A stretch of 64,000 nt of DNA from Myxococcales bacterium (GCA_047601445.1 JASGJH010000001.1:7680001-7744000); one strand, 5' to 3'; positions 49,469 to 59,774 are shown, counted from the first letter of the stretch. Notes: generated by a model not told the origin, from the letters alone. A program made the numbers and translations.

Positions 49469-50035
49469 TCAGTAGTAGTGCATGTGAATGGTTACGGTGG
49501 CGTCGCCGCCAGGCTCTAGCGTGAGCTGGGCGTCCTCGAATTTGGGGGGCCCCATGCGTCCGCGCGCATCGCGCGAAAAGCCGATGCCCTCGCGCGGGAT
49601 GCCGAAGATGCCGGTCTTGACCTTGCGATTGCGGTCTTCGTCGTGGAGCACCGAGATGGCGAACACACCCGGCTCCACGTCCTCGAACACCACGCGGGTC
49701 TGGGCCCGCGCGATGGCGGTGGCCACCCGGCGCTCCGCCCGAAGGGGCTCCTCCGGAAAGCCCGCGTCGCTGCGGAACAGGGCGAACAGCGCGTCGCCCA
49801 CGTCGTTCCGGAAGTTCTGGACCGTCACCACGATGCGCCCGCTGGTCTGCCGGGCTTTCTCGGTCGGCGCGGCCGGTTCGGCCTGCGCGCTCGCGTCCAT
49901 CGAGGTTCCGCTGTTGGCGAGCATCGTCACCACCACCCCCGTGCCCAGGAGACGCCGCAGAACGCGAGCCGCACCACGTTTGCCTGGTGTGGTCGGGAAA
50001 GGTACCGCCGCCGATTGCTCTCGGGCCCCCATCAA
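49469..50035 (-). CDS. DUF2141 domain protein
   Basis: F..V.PG.FAISVLHDED.N....G..GIP.EG.GFS...GPP.F. Confidence 0.85.
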   Translation of the reverse strand: MMGAREQSAAVPFPTTPGKRGAARVLRRLLGTGVVVTMLANSGTSMDASAQAEPAAPTEKARQTSGRIVVTVQNFRNDVGDALFALFRSDAGFPEEPLRAERRVATAIARAQTRVVFEDVEPGVFAISVLHDEDRNRKVKTGIFGIPREGIGFSRDARGRMGPPKFEDAQLTLEPGGDATVTIHMHYY

Positions 50036-50141
50036 GAGGATGCTACCCGACTCCTACAGAAGCGCACGCGTTCCGAACAGTGCTCCAATTTCTCACCGTG
50101 CAAGTTCTGCGAAACCCAGGCCCGACCGTGATACGCTCGAT

Positions 50142-52058
50142 GTGACGTTTTTCACGGGGTTTTCGCTGTTGGACAGCCTGCAGTTCGCCGAATCCAGCCC
50201 GGCTCCGCGCGCAGCCGCGCCCGCTCCCGAAACTAGCCCGAAGCTGGGATTCTCCTACCAGCCGGCGCTCGATGGTCTGCGCGCGCTTTGCGTGCTCGCC
50301 ATCATGCTCTACCACGCCGACCTGCCGTGGCTTCCGGGGGGCTTCCTGGGCGTCGAAGTGTTCTTCGTGATCAGCGGTTACCTGATCACCTCGCTCATGC
50401 GCGCCGAGTTCGCCCAGAGCGGCAGGATCGACCTGGTGGCGTTCTGGGGGCGGCGTGCGCGTCGCCTATTGCCCGCGCTGTGGGCGCTGCTCCTGGCCGT
50501 TTCGGTGGCGGCGGTGGCCTTCTTGCCCGGTGAGGTCTGGCGCCTGCGCGGCGAGGTCGCGGCCGGGCTCACCTACGTGTCCAACTGGTACTCCATCTTC
50601 CGGCACGAGAGTTACTTCGAGTCGGTGGGGCGCCCGTCGTTGCTTCGGCACCTGTGGTCGTTGGCCATCGAGGAGCAGTTCTATCTGGTGTGGCCGCCCC
50701 TGTTCGCGGTGCTCGCGCGCCGCTTCTCGGGGCGCACCAGCGGGCTTCTGTGCGCGGCCTTGGCGGCAGCATCGGGGCTATGGATGGCGTTGCGCGTGGT
50801 GCCTGGCGAGGATCCGTCGGCGCTCTACTACGACTCCTTCGCGCGCGCGGCCGCGATGCTGCTCGGCGGCGCCCTGGCTTGCCTGTGGGCCCCCCGGAGC
50901 GCGCCCTCAGTGACCCCTCGCAAGCCGCTGGTGGACCTCCTGGGGCTGGGCGGACTGGCTGGTCTATTGGCCGCGTCCATGGCGCTCGGTGAGGCCGATG
51001 CCGTGGTCTTCCGCGGCGGCCTCTTGCTGGTGGATCTATGCGCGCTGCTGGTGATCGTGGCGCTGGTGCACCCGCAGGGCGGGCTGCTCAAGCGTGCGCT
51101 GGCCGTGGCTCCGTTGCGCTTCGTGGGCACGCGCTCCTACGGGCTCTACCTGTGGCACTGGCCCCTGTTCGCGCTGACGCGTCCCGGGCTCGACCTGCCC
51201 CTGGAGGGTACGGCGTCCCTGGCGCTGCGTTTTACGGCGGCCTTCGTGCTCGCCGAGTTGTCGTTCCGTTTCGTCGAGGAGCCCGTGCGGAGTGGTCGTT
51301 TCATGAAGGCGTTGAGAGCGGTGTGGGAGTCCCGTGCGCGCGTCGGTTACGCGCGAGCCATCTTGGTGGGCGGCTTCGTGTGCGCCTTGAGCTGCGTGTT
51401 CGTGACGCACGGATTCGTGCGCGCGCGTCCGCCCCAGGAGCCCAACTGGGAGACCACGCTGCCGGCCCCGGGCAATCAGCCCACGCTCACCGGTAGCGCG
51501 CCGCTGGCGACTTCTTCGGCTGCCATCGCTCGCGCGGAGCAACAGCCCGGGGCGGAGCGCGTGGTGAGCGACGGCGTGGCCGAGAGGCCCCACGTGCTGA
51601 TTTTCGGCGACTCGGTGGTACTCGGTGCCCGGAACTACCTGCGCCAGGGGCACGAGAGCGAAGTGGAGTTCGACTCGGAGATCGGCCGCACCAGCAGCAC
51701 CGGCTTGCCACGCCTGCGCAAGCTCGCGCGCCAGAAGAAGCTGCCGCGTGTGGTGATCATTCACCTGGGCAACAACGGCTGGGTTTACGAGGAACAAGTC
51801 CACGAGATGATGACGCTGCTCGAGGGCGTGGAGCGGGTGGTGTTCGTGAATGCCCACGTCAACAAGCGCTGGCAAGATCGCAACAACGCCACGCTGGCCG
51901 CGGCGCTCGCGCAGCACCCGCGCGCCGTCCTGGTGGACTGGCTCAAGGCCAGCGAGAAACACCGCGAGTGGTTCGGCGCGGACGGCCTCCACCTCACGCC
52001 CATCGGGGCCGCCGCGTTCGCCGCGCTCCTCAGTCCTTATTACGCGATCGCGCCGTAG
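50142..52058 (+). CDS. Acyltransferase-3 + SGNH domain protein (OatA-like O-acetyltransferase)
   Basis: LDGLRA, GGFLGV.VFFVISGYLIT, HLWSLAIEEQFY, RSYGLYLWHWP, SGNH motifs GDSV, HLGNN, DGLH. Start approximate. Confidence 0.88.
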   Translation: MTFFTGFSLLDSLQFAESSPAPRAAAPAPETSPKLGFSYQPALDGLRALCVLAIMLYHADLPWLPGGFLGVEVFFVISGYLITSLMRAEFAQSGRIDLVAFWGRRARRLLPALWALLLAVSVAAVAFLPGEVWRLRGEVAAGLTYVSNWYSIFRHESYFESVGRPSLLRHLWSLAIEEQFYLVWPPLFAVLARRFSGRTSGLLCAALAAASGLWMALRVVPGEDPSALYYDSFARAAAMLLGGALACLWAPRSAPSVTPRKPLVDLLGLGGLAGLLAASMALGEADAVVFRGGLLLVDLCALLVIVALVHPQGGLLKRALAVAPLRFVGTRSYGLYLWHWPLFALTRPGLDLPLEGTASLALRFTAAFVLAELSFRFVEEPVRSGRFMKALRAVWESRARVGYARAILVGGFVCALSCVFVTHGFVRARPPQEPNWETTLPAPGNQPTLTGSAPLATSSAAIARAEQQPGAERVVSDGVAERPHVLIFGDSVVLGARNYLRQGHESEVEFDSEIGRTSSTGLPRLRKLARQKKLPRVVIIHLGNNGWVYEEQVHEMMTLLEGVERVVFVNAHVNKRWQDRNNATLAAALAQHPRAVLVDWLKASEKHREWFGADGLHLTPIGAAAFAALLSPYYAIAP

Positions 52059-53529
52059 CGGGCTTGGGCTGCTTGCCGCGCGGAGCGACCAGAGCCTCCG
52101 GCGCCGGCTCATCGACCACTGCCACCGGATTCGCCTCGCTGGTGTTCACACCCAACAACCGGTCGGCGATGCGATCGCCCAGCAAGGCGTAGCCTCGTCG
52201 CGTGAAGTGGATCAGGTCCTTGGCTCCGAGCGGCGGGTCGGCCTTGACCCAGCTCAACATGGACAGCGGGCCGCCCATGCTCTCGATTACGTCGAAGTAC
52301 GCGCAGCCGAATTCCGCGGCCGTCTTGCGCTGTAGCTCGTTGATCTGCGCCGTGCGTTCGCGTGGCTGGTAGACGCCCTTCTTGATGCGCTCGGGGAAGT
52401 CCGTGGGGCCCACCAACAGGCAGCTCGCGCCCGGGGCGCTCTGGCGTAGGCGACTGACGACCTCGTGCAGCTGCGCCGCATAGTCCTGGATGGGCTGCGT
52501 GACGTCGGTGGACTCGTTGGTGCCGTAGCTGAGCACCCACAGGTCCGGCGTGCGCCGTCCCAAGTGCTCGAGGAAGAGCGGCTGGTCCCAGTACAGCTGG
52601 GCACGCGCGCGCGCACCCGGGATACCCAGGGTGTCGAGCACCACACCGGGGCCTTCGAGCTCGGCCACCAAGCCGAACCAGGTCAGCGGAACGTCGAGGC
52701 CGCTCGCGATGGTCACGTCGTGGGGCTGATCGTTGGGCGCGTCGAAGGCGACGTACTGGCCCTGGGTCGAAGCGTCCGGGAGCGCCGGAGCGGGCGGCAA
52801 CTTGGAGGGCGCCTGGCCATCGACTGCGAAGTGGGGCAGCGGACCGGGCAGCAGGAAGAACTCGTAGTGCGTGGCGCGGCCCGAGGGATTCACCGCATTC
52901 GTGAGGCGCAGGCGCACGAGCGGGGCCTCTGGCACCGGCTCGGCCGGCTCCACCTTCTTGGGCGCGGGGCGCTTGCCCTTGCTCGGCGGGATGGGCTCTG
53001 GCTCGGCGATGGGCTGCGGCGCGAACGCGACTCCGGCCAGCCCGAGGGGAAGTGCATCGCTCTCGGGACGCTTGCGGATGTAGGTGCCTTTGAGTCCCTT
53101 GGCCTCGAGCAGCTCTGCGCGGCTATGGCGATAGGAGCGCCAGGGGCGTCCGGTCATCACGAAGCCGGGCCCACCATCGCCGTATTCGGCCTGGAGCCGC
53201 TCGCGCACGCGTCCGCTCATGAAATCGGCAGCCGTGTGGGAGTCACCGAAGAACGTGATGTGAGTCTTGGTCCGCGCGTTCTTGGTGCGCTCCAACGCGC
53301 TGTGAAAGAACTCGAGCGGGGCGGCTTCACGGGCGGGCGGAGCGCTGTTGGCGCTGACGGGCGTCGCAGCGGAGGAAGCCGCAGGCGCGCGTGGCGGTGC
53401 CGCGGGCAGCGCGGTGTTTACGCGCGGGGAAGCCGGCGGCGGTGAGGCCGTGGTGCGGGCCGAACACGTGGAGAGCAGCAGCACGTGCAAGGCGCAGACA
53501 ACGGTGTAACCGCCCTGTCGAGAGACCAT
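52030..53529 (-). CDS. Exported SGNH/GDSL hydrolase (Ape1/PatB-like architecture)
   Basis: FGDSHT, YGDGGPG, G..GAR, YGTNE, DLIH.T..GY; Pro-rich N-terminus. Confidence 0.8.
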   Translation of the reverse strand: MVSRQGGYTVVCALHVLLLSTCSARTTASPPPASPRVNTALPAAPPRAPAASSAATPVSANSAPPAREAAPLEFFHSALERTKNARTKTHITFFGDSHTAADFMSGRVRERLQAEYGDGGPGFVMTGRPWRSYRHSRAELLEAKGLKGTYIRKRPESDALPLGLAGVAFAPQPIAEPEPIPPSKGKRPAPKKVEPAEPVPEAPLVRLRLTNAVNPSGRATHYEFFLLPGPLPHFAVDGQAPSKLPPAPALPDASTQGQYVAFDAPNDQPHDVTIASGLDVPLTWFGLVAELEGPGVVLDTLGIPGARARAQLYWDQPLFLEHLGRRTPDLWVLSYGTNESTDVTQPIQDYAAQLHEVVSRLRQSAPGASCLLVGPTDFPERIKKGVYQPRERTAQINELQRKTAAEFGCAYFDVIESMGGPLSMLSWVKADPPLGAKDLIHFTRRGYALLGDRIADRLLGVNTSEANPVAVVDEPAPEALVAPRGKQPKPATARSRNKD

Positions 53530-53582
53530 GGGCCCCCATGGTCGCAAGAACGGGGCCCCGAGGCAAATCGGGCGGAAAACGG

Positions 53583-54170
53583 CTAGTTCCGCACGGCGCA
53601 GTGATGATCGTCGGCACAGTCCACGGCAGGGGGCTCGCCCTGCGGGCACGCCTGCAGACACGGCGGTACCGGATCGCATTCGGGGGCTGTGCTGTCTTCA
53701 ACCCCCTTGTGGAAGGCGAACCAACCGCTCGGGTCGTCGGCGCAGCCGGCGCAGCAGCCCGTGGGGCGCGCCTCGCAATCGTTGGCGCTGCTGCAACGTG
53801 TGGACTCCTCTTGGCGTAGGTCCACGACGGCACAGGCGCCGCTGACGCAGGCGGCACGCAGCTGCGGTCGAATGCTGTCCGGCACTGGTTCGGGGCACGC
53901 ACCGCACAGAACGTCGCAGGTCAGTGGCCGTTGAGTCGTGGGGACCGCGCGCACCTGGCTCCGATCGGGTTCACAGGCACCGCAGCACCCCACGGGAATC
54001 AACCAGCAGTCCTGGTTCTGCTCGCACTCCTGCGCGGACGCATCCGAGTGCGCTCCGCCGTCCCCTGGTGAGCCAGCATCCCGATTGCCTTGCGAGCCGT
54101 TGTCACAGCCCCACACCAAAGCCGCTCCAAGGAACCACCAGGCTCTGCCAGTCTGTGCCGCGTGCCGCAT
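53583..54170 (-). CDS. Cys-rich repeat lipoprotein
   Basis: Lipobox VWGC; two repeats C...DC....GCC..C...C..C..C...C. Confidence 0.75.
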   Translation of the reverse strand: MRHAAQTGRAWWFLGAALVWGCDNGSQGNRDAGSPGDGGAHSDASAQECEQNQDCWLIPVGCCGACEPDRSQVRAVPTTQRPLTCDVLCGACPEPVPDSIRPQLRAACVSGACAVVDLRQEESTRCSSANDCEARPTGCCAGCADDPSGWFAFHKGVEDSTAPECDPVPPCLQACPQGEPPAVDCADDHHCAVRN

Positions 54171-54257
54171 ACCTCGCCAGGTAAGCACGGGACGAGCCAA
54201 TGCCCAACGGGGAGCGACGCTCTGGCCTTTTGTGTCCCTTGGCGGTAGAGCCAGAAG

Positions 54258-54917
54258 ATGTCCATCACCGCCGTGATCCTGCTCAAGGTCGACTCCTGTT
54301 CACCCGCACCGCAGAGCGGCATGCGCGCGGATCTGCTGGAGGACGCAGCCCTTCTGCACACCGGGCTGCCCTTCGCGAGCGAGCCCGATGAGCTCTTGGA
54401 GCGCGTGCGCGCCGCCGTGGGTGACGACCTCCTGGCCGAGCACGAGGACCCGCGCGGCCTGTTCGTGATGCCCGACGTGGCGGCGCCCCGGGCGCGCAGC
54501 TATCTCGACGTGATCGACGAAGTGGGCGAGGGCGGTTCCTGGCTTCCACTCGAGCAGGCGAGTTCCTATGGTCTTCCCGATGGTCTGGGGGCGCTCGGCG
54601 CGGTGCTCGGGAGCATGCTGCAGAACATGCCCGAATCCGTGCTCGAGGCGGCCAGTGCTGCGGCCCGGGGCGACCTGGCGGCCTTCAGCCAGGTGTCGGA
54701 TCAGGTCGCGTCACTGATGGGTCACGGCAGCGAAGGCGTGAGCCTGGCCAGTTTGGCGCGCCTCATGGGCGACGGGCGCGCGCTCGACCCCTCCTCGCCA
54801 GCGTTTCAGCAGATCCTGCACACGCTCGAGGGCGAGCTCGAAAGGAACCCCGAACAGGTGGCGCGCATCGCCGAGCAGTTCTTCGGTGCGCCCCACAGGG
54901 ACGACGACGAGCGCTGA
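54258..54917 (+). CDS. Hypothetical protein
   Basis: 219-aa ORF with typical codon usage; no motif recognised. Confidence 0.65.
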   Translation: MSITAVILLKVDSCSPAPQSGMRADLLEDAALLHTGLPFASEPDELLERVRAAVGDDLLAEHEDPRGLFVMPDVAAPRARSYLDVIDEVGEGGSWLPLEQASSYGLPDGLGALGAVLGSMLQNMPESVLEAASAAARGDLAAFSQVSDQVASLMGHGSEGVSLASLARLMGDGRALDPSSPAFQQILHTLEGELERNPEQVARIAEQFFGAPHRDDDER

Positions 54918-54941
54918 GGCGACCGAGCCAAACGTTCGCAG

Positions 54942-55643
54942 CTAGAATCGCAGCGCCAGTTGGGGCCCGAGCTTTTGCGGGCTCACCGCCACGTCGAAGC
55001 TCAGCGAGCGTCCCCGCGGCAGCTCGATGGACGCGTAGCCGAACTCCTCACGCCGCCGCTTGCTGGTGGTGTATTTGACGATGCCTGCCACCATCATCAC
55101 GGCACCTCCGAGCTCGATGGCCCCGTAGAGTGCCAACCATCCCGGAGCATGCTGGGCCGGGCCGATCGCCAGAAAAGGGCCGAACACGGGGATGAACATG
55201 AATGCCCCCACCTGCTGGCAATTGCGGCAGGTCTCCTTCTCGATGTCGAGCAGGATGGCTCCAGTGAGCGCGGCGATCAGGTAGGAAGTCCCGAGCGTCA
55301 CGATGCCGCCGATCATCAAGCCGCGGCTGATGCGTGGCGGTCGCGCAGGAAGCTGCCCGGGCGTCGTGAGGACGGTGCCTGGAGGCGGGCGGTTGTAGTC
55401 CGGTTGCGTCGCGTAGCCCGGTGCGGTCGCATACGGAGCGGGTGCGTACGGAGCGGGCGCGGCCTGGGTCGGTGCTCCGTACATTTGCGGGGTTGAACTA
55501 GGTGAGATCGGCGGCGCGGCGGTGGGAGCAGGTGCTGCCCCGGGCGGCGCGGCTTGTTGTGCGCGCGCGGATGCGCCGAACGAGAGCAGGACGCAGCAGA
55601 GCACGAAGGCTCCGCGCGAGCGAAGACAGGACCCCCAAAACAT
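54942..55643 (-). CDS. Hypothetical exported Pro-rich membrane protein
   Basis: Signal peptide, PAPY repeats, TM helices with IPVFGP, terminal LRF. Confidence 0.7.
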   Translation of the reverse strand: MFWGSCLRSRGAFVLCCVLLSFGASARAQQAAPPGAAPAPTAAPPISPSSTPQMYGAPTQAAPAPYAPAPYATAPGYATQPDYNRPPPGTVLTTPGQLPARPPRISRGLMIGGIVTLGTSYLIAALTGAILLDIEKETCRNCQQVGAFMFIPVFGPFLAIGPAQHAPGWLALYGAIELGGAVMMVAGIVKYTTSKRRREEFGYASIELPRGRSLSFDVAVSPQKLGPQLALRF

Positions 55644-55696
55644 GTCCCGATCTAATCATGACAAGCGCGAGCCTGACAACCCGCAGATGACCACGC

Positions 55697-57538
55697 CTAG
55701 CGATAGCCCTCGGCCTGCAAGTTGAATAACCGCGCATAGCGGCCGTTCTTCGCCATGAGCTCCTCGTGGCTCCCCTGCTCCACGATGGTTCCATCGGCTA
55801 GCACCACGATTTGGTCGGCCATGCGCACAGTGGAGAAACGGTGCGAGATCACGATGCCCATGCGCTGCGCGGAGAGCGCTCGAAAGCGCTGGAACACCTC
55901 CGCCTCGGCTTCTGCGTCCATGGCCGAGGTCGGCTCGTCGAGGACCAGGATGTCTGCGTCTTCGCGCATGAAGGCGCGTGAGAGCGCGATCTTCTGCCAC
56001 TGTCCTACCGACAGCTCCTGCCCACCACCGAACCAGCGACCCAACTGAGTTTCATATCCCTTGGGCAGCTTCTGGATGAAGGGTTCCGCCATGCCCTTCA
56101 CGGCGGCGCGCTGCCAGGCGGCCTCGTCCTCGAAGGCCTCCACGTCGCCCGCGCCGATGTTCTCTCCCACCACCAGCTGATAGCGGATGAAGTCCTGGAA
56201 GATCACGCCGACCCGGGCGCGCAACGCGTCGGGGCTCCACTCCGAGAGGTCGAGGCCGTCGAGCGTGATGCGCCCGGACGTCGGCGAGTAGAGTCGCGTC
56301 AAGAGTTTGATCAGCGTGGTCTTGCCGGCGCCGTTCTCCCCCACCAACGCGAGCTTCTCTCCCGGGCGAATGTGCAGGGTCACGTTGCTCAGCGCGGGCC
56401 GCGGATTGCCGCGATAGGCGAACGACACGTCCTCGAAGCGCAGGCCTTCCGCGGGGCGCGGACCTTGGCTCTGGCTGCCGCTCAGGGGAGGTGAGGGATG
56501 GTCCAGGTACTCGTAGAGGTTCGAGAGATAGAGGTTGTCTTCATACATGCCGCCCACGGCGCTCAAGAGTGCCGAGAGCGAAGCCTGACCTTGCTTGAAC
56601 ACCAGCAAGTACATGGTCATGTCGCCGAGCGTGATGGAGCCCTTCACCGTGTGCATCACGATGTAGCCGTAGGCGCCGTAGAAGCCGAGCGTGCTGATCA
56701 ATCCCAGCGCGAAGCCCCACGAGCTGCGGCGCAAGGTGAGCGCCCGGTCTTCGGCGAACAACTTCTGGAAGATCTCGCGGTAGCGCCCCAAAAAGAGCGG
56801 CCCCAGGCGAAACAGCGTCACTTCCTTGGCATTGTCTTCGCGCGCCAGCAGCGACTCCAGGTAGTTCTGCATGCGCGTCTCGGGTGCACGCCAGCGGAAG
56901 AGCCGGAAGGCATCGTCCGAGAAGCGTTTCTCGGCCAGGAACGCCGGCAACGCGGCGAAGGCCAGCGCCAGCACCGCCCAGATCGACAGCTTGAACAGCA
57001 GGCCGCCGTACACCAGCAGCGTCAAACTATTCTGCAGGAGCCCGAAGACTCGCTGCACCAAGCTCAGGGGACGCCACGAGGCCTCGCGGCGCGCTCGTGT
57101 CATGCGGTCGTAGAACTCGGAGTCCTCGAAGTCGGCGAGGCCCAAGGTCAGCGCCTTCTCCAGGATCATCTCGTTCACGCGCTGACCCAGTAGCGCCCGC
57201 AGCAAGGACTCGCACAGGCTCAGCCCACGCTGCACGCCCGCCATCAGCGTCACCAGCACGAGCTCCGCGCCCAGATAACGCAGCGCCAGGTTGGAGCGCG
57301 CCCCGAAGCTACCCGGCTCCGCATGCACGACCGCGTCCACGATGAGCTTGCCCACGTAGGCGATGGCGCCCGGCAGCACGCCGGCCACCACGCTCAGCAC
57401 CACCAGCCAGATTGTGATGGCGCGGCTGGTGGCCCAGACCAGCTCGAAGGCCTTGCCCGTGTACTGCAGCACGCCCAGGAAGTTCGAGAAGCTCAGCTTC
57501 TTGCTCGGATCCTCGGCGGGTGCGTGCGGGATGCGCAT
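55697..57538 (-). CDS. ABC transporter, fused permease / ATP-binding protein
   Basis: TM domain, GENGAGKT, LSVGQWQK, LDEPTS, ISHR. Confidence 0.93.
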   Translation of the reverse strand: MRIPHAPAEDPSKKLSFSNFLGVLQYTGKAFELVWATSRAITIWLVVLSVVAGVLPGAIAYVGKLIVDAVVHAEPGSFGARSNLALRYLGAELVLVTLMAGVQRGLSLCESLLRALLGQRVNEMILEKALTLGLADFEDSEFYDRMTRARREASWRPLSLVQRVFGLLQNSLTLLVYGGLLFKLSIWAVLALAFAALPAFLAEKRFSDDAFRLFRWRAPETRMQNYLESLLAREDNAKEVTLFRLGPLFLGRYREIFQKLFAEDRALTLRRSSWGFALGLISTLGFYGAYGYIVMHTVKGSITLGDMTMYLLVFKQGQASLSALLSAVGGMYEDNLYLSNLYEYLDHPSPPLSGSQSQGPRPAEGLRFEDVSFAYRGNPRPALSNVTLHIRPGEKLALVGENGAGKTTLIKLLTRLYSPTSGRITLDGLDLSEWSPDALRARVGVIFQDFIRYQLVVGENIGAGDVEAFEDEAAWQRAAVKGMAEPFIQKLPKGYETQLGRWFGGGQELSVGQWQKIALSRAFMREDADILVLDEPTSAMDAEAEAEVFQRFRALSAQRMGIVISHRFSTVRMADQIVVLADGTIVEQGSHEELMAKNGRYARLFNLQAEGYR

Positions 57539-58821
57539 CAGCGCAACTCGTCGCGGTGGGTTTCACGCCCGAGATAGACCGCGGTCCCCGAGACCACGGC
57601 CAGGATCATCAAGTAGTAGGCGGGGCTGAGCTGAGAGCCCGTTTGTCGGGTGAGCACGGAGGCCACCATGGGGGCGGTGCCACCGAACACCGCCAAGCTG
57701 CCGTTGTAGCCGATGGAGAGGGCGCTGAAGCGCGTGCGCGGTGGGAACATCTCCGCCATCGTGGACGGAACGGGGCCGATCACCATGGCGGTGATCAACG
57801 TGAGCGCGATTTGGGCCAGCGTGACCTGCACGAAGTCCAGGCTGAACAACATGCGATAGAGCGGGACCACCAGAAGGAGTGTCGCTGCGACCCCCGTGAG
57901 CATCACGGGGCGGCGCCCGAAAATATCCGACGCATAGCCCGCCGCGGGCAGCGCGAAGATCAACACCAGGAGCGCACAAGAGGTCGCGAGCTGGGCCCGG
58001 TGGGCCAGCATGCCGGCTTCAACCAGCGCCGCCTGCACGAACAGGTACAGCACGTAGAAGAACGCCGAGCCCAGCGCGTACAGCAGAAAGAGCCGCAGGA
58101 TGCCGCGGCCTTCGTGGGTGATGGCTTCGCGCACAGGCTGTTTGGCGATGGCGCCCTCCCGACGCAGCCGCTCGAACGTGGCCGTCTCGGCCAGACTTCG
58201 GCGCACCCACAGGGCGACGCCGGCTACGAATACGCCCAACAGAAACGGCACTCGCCACGCCCACGTTTGGGTCTCGCGATCCTCGCTGATGCGCGACGTG
58301 ACGAATGCGGCCAGCGATGCCAACAGGATGCCGATGATGGCGCCGCAGGTGGTAAGCGCGCCGTGCAGGCCACGCCGGTGGGCGGGGGCGTGTTCGATCA
58401 CGAACGAGAACGACGCGGTGTACTCGCCGCCGACCGAGAGCCCCTGGGCCAGCCGCAGGAGCAAGAGGCCGATGGGGGCTGCGATGCCGATGTTCTCGTA
58501 GGTGGGCAAGAAGCCGAACAGCAGGCTCGGGATGGCCATCAGAATGACCGAGAGCTCGAGCGCGCGCTTGCGCCCGAAGCGGTCGCCCACGTGGCCGAAC
58601 AGCAGCGCGCCTACCGGGCGCATCACGAAGCTCACCGCGAGCACACCGTAGGCCGCGATCAGCGCCGCCAGGGGATCCGAGCTGGGGAAGAACAGGTCCT
58701 TGAGGGTCGGGACGAAGTACCCGTAGACCATGAAGTCGTACCACTCGAGTACGTTGCCCAACAGACCTGCCAGGACGGGGCGAGAAAAGAAGCCGGGTGC
58801 GGAGTGCTGGGGTGGGTTCAC
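57538..58821 (-). CDS. MFS transporter (metabolite:H+ symporter, ProP-like)
   Basis: GNVLEWYDF, RP.GA..FG..GDRFGR, RL.QG.S.GGE, WR.PF. Confidence 0.92.
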   Translation of the reverse strand: MNPPQHSAPGFFSRPVLAGLLGNVLEWYDFMVYGYFVPTLKDLFFPSSDPLAALIAAYGVLAVSFVMRPVGALLFGHVGDRFGRKRALELSVILMAIPSLLFGFLPTYENIGIAAPIGLLLLRLAQGLSVGGEYTASFSFVIEHAPAHRRGLHGALTTCGAIIGILLASLAAFVTSRISEDRETQTWAWRVPFLLGVFVAGVALWVRRSLAETATFERLRREGAIAKQPVREAITHEGRGILRLFLLYALGSAFFYVLYLFVQAALVEAGMLAHRAQLATSCALLVLIFALPAAGYASDIFGRRPVMLTGVAATLLLVVPLYRMLFSLDFVQVTLAQIALTLITAMVIGPVPSTMAEMFPPRTRFSALSIGYNGSLAVFGGTAPMVASVLTRQTGSQLSPAYYLMILAVVSGTAVYLGRETHRDELR

Positions 58822-58982
58822 GACGTGGGTGCGCGTCGGGTCGTCGCTCGCGCGGGCAGAACATAGCCTGAAAAGGGCGTGTGAGGATCTTTGCAGAAAT
58901 AGCGGTTTTGCTTGCCCATGGCGCCGCGCTGGCGTCCGATGGACCGCTCGCGCGCGGCGCGCCGAGAGTAGGGTCCACAACC

Positions 58983-59774
58983 ATGTCTATCGTTCTGCAT
59001 ACCCAACCGCGTCAACCTGCGATTCGGTTCGCACTCACCTTGAGCTGTCTGCTTGCCGTCGCGGCCTGCGGGGACGACGAGCCGGGCAGCGGCCTGGATG
59101 CGTCGACCGGCGACCACGGGGATGGCGATGGCGATGGTGACGGGGATGGCGACGGAGACGGGGATGGGGATGGGGATGGGGATGGCGACGGGGATGGCGA
59201 TGCCGTCCGCGACAGCGGCACCAAGCCCACAGGAGACGGCGACGCCGGCACGATGATGACGCCCGCGACGGATCCCGAAACGGGTCGGCTCAAGGGGATC
59301 ACGCGCTTCCACAACGACGCTCGCGCGCGCGTCGCCGCGACGCCCAAGCTCAACCCGCTCACGTGGGCCCCCGAGATCGCCAAGGTGGCGCAGGCCTACG
59401 CTGACAAGTTGGCCAAGGATTGCAAGCTCCCGCTGACTCACTCGCAGCCACAGGATCGCAACAACTGGGGCGAGAACCTGGCCTGGTTCGGCGCGCTCCC
59501 TTCGGGCTCGCCGTCGAGCGGCTCCGCAGAGAAGACGGTGGGCATGTGGGAGGGCGAGAAGTCCTGCTACACGCTGGGTGTGATCGGGGACGCCAGCACT
59601 TGCTCCGCGGCCTGCGCCAAGTCGAGCTGCGGCCATTTCACCCAGGTGGCGTGGCGCAAGACCACCCGCGTGGGGTGCGGCGTCGCCGACTGCGCCAGTG
59701 GCGCGGGGCGCGGTAGCTACTGGGTGTGCAACTACGACCCGGCCGGCAATTTCGTGGGGGAGAAGCCCTACTGA
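58983..59774 (+). CDS. CAP/SCP (PR-1-like) domain lipoprotein with GD-repeat linker
   Basis: Lipobox VAAC, (GD)n at 59118-59201, HN..R, GENLA, GHFTQV.W, VGCG, CNY.PAGN. Confidence 0.9.
   Translation: MSIVLHTQPRQPAIRFALTLSCLLAVAACGDDEPGSGLDASTGDHGDGDGDGDGDGDGDGDGDGDGDGDGDGDAVRDSGTKPTGDGDAGTMMTPATDPETGRLKGITRFHNDARARVAATPKLNPLTWAPEIAKVAQAYADKLAKDCKLPLTHSQPQDRNNWGENLAWFGALPSGSPSSGSAEKTVGMWEGEKSCYTLGVIGDASTCSAACAKSSCGHFTQVAWRKTTRVGCGVADCASGAGRGSYWVCNYDPAGNFVGEKPY

Noticed and set aside
54184..54199. Sigma-54-like box TGGCTCGTCCCGTGCT before the Cys-rich lipoprotein
   Set aside because: The predicted start site would fall within the RBS, about 3 nt from the ATG; too weak to call.
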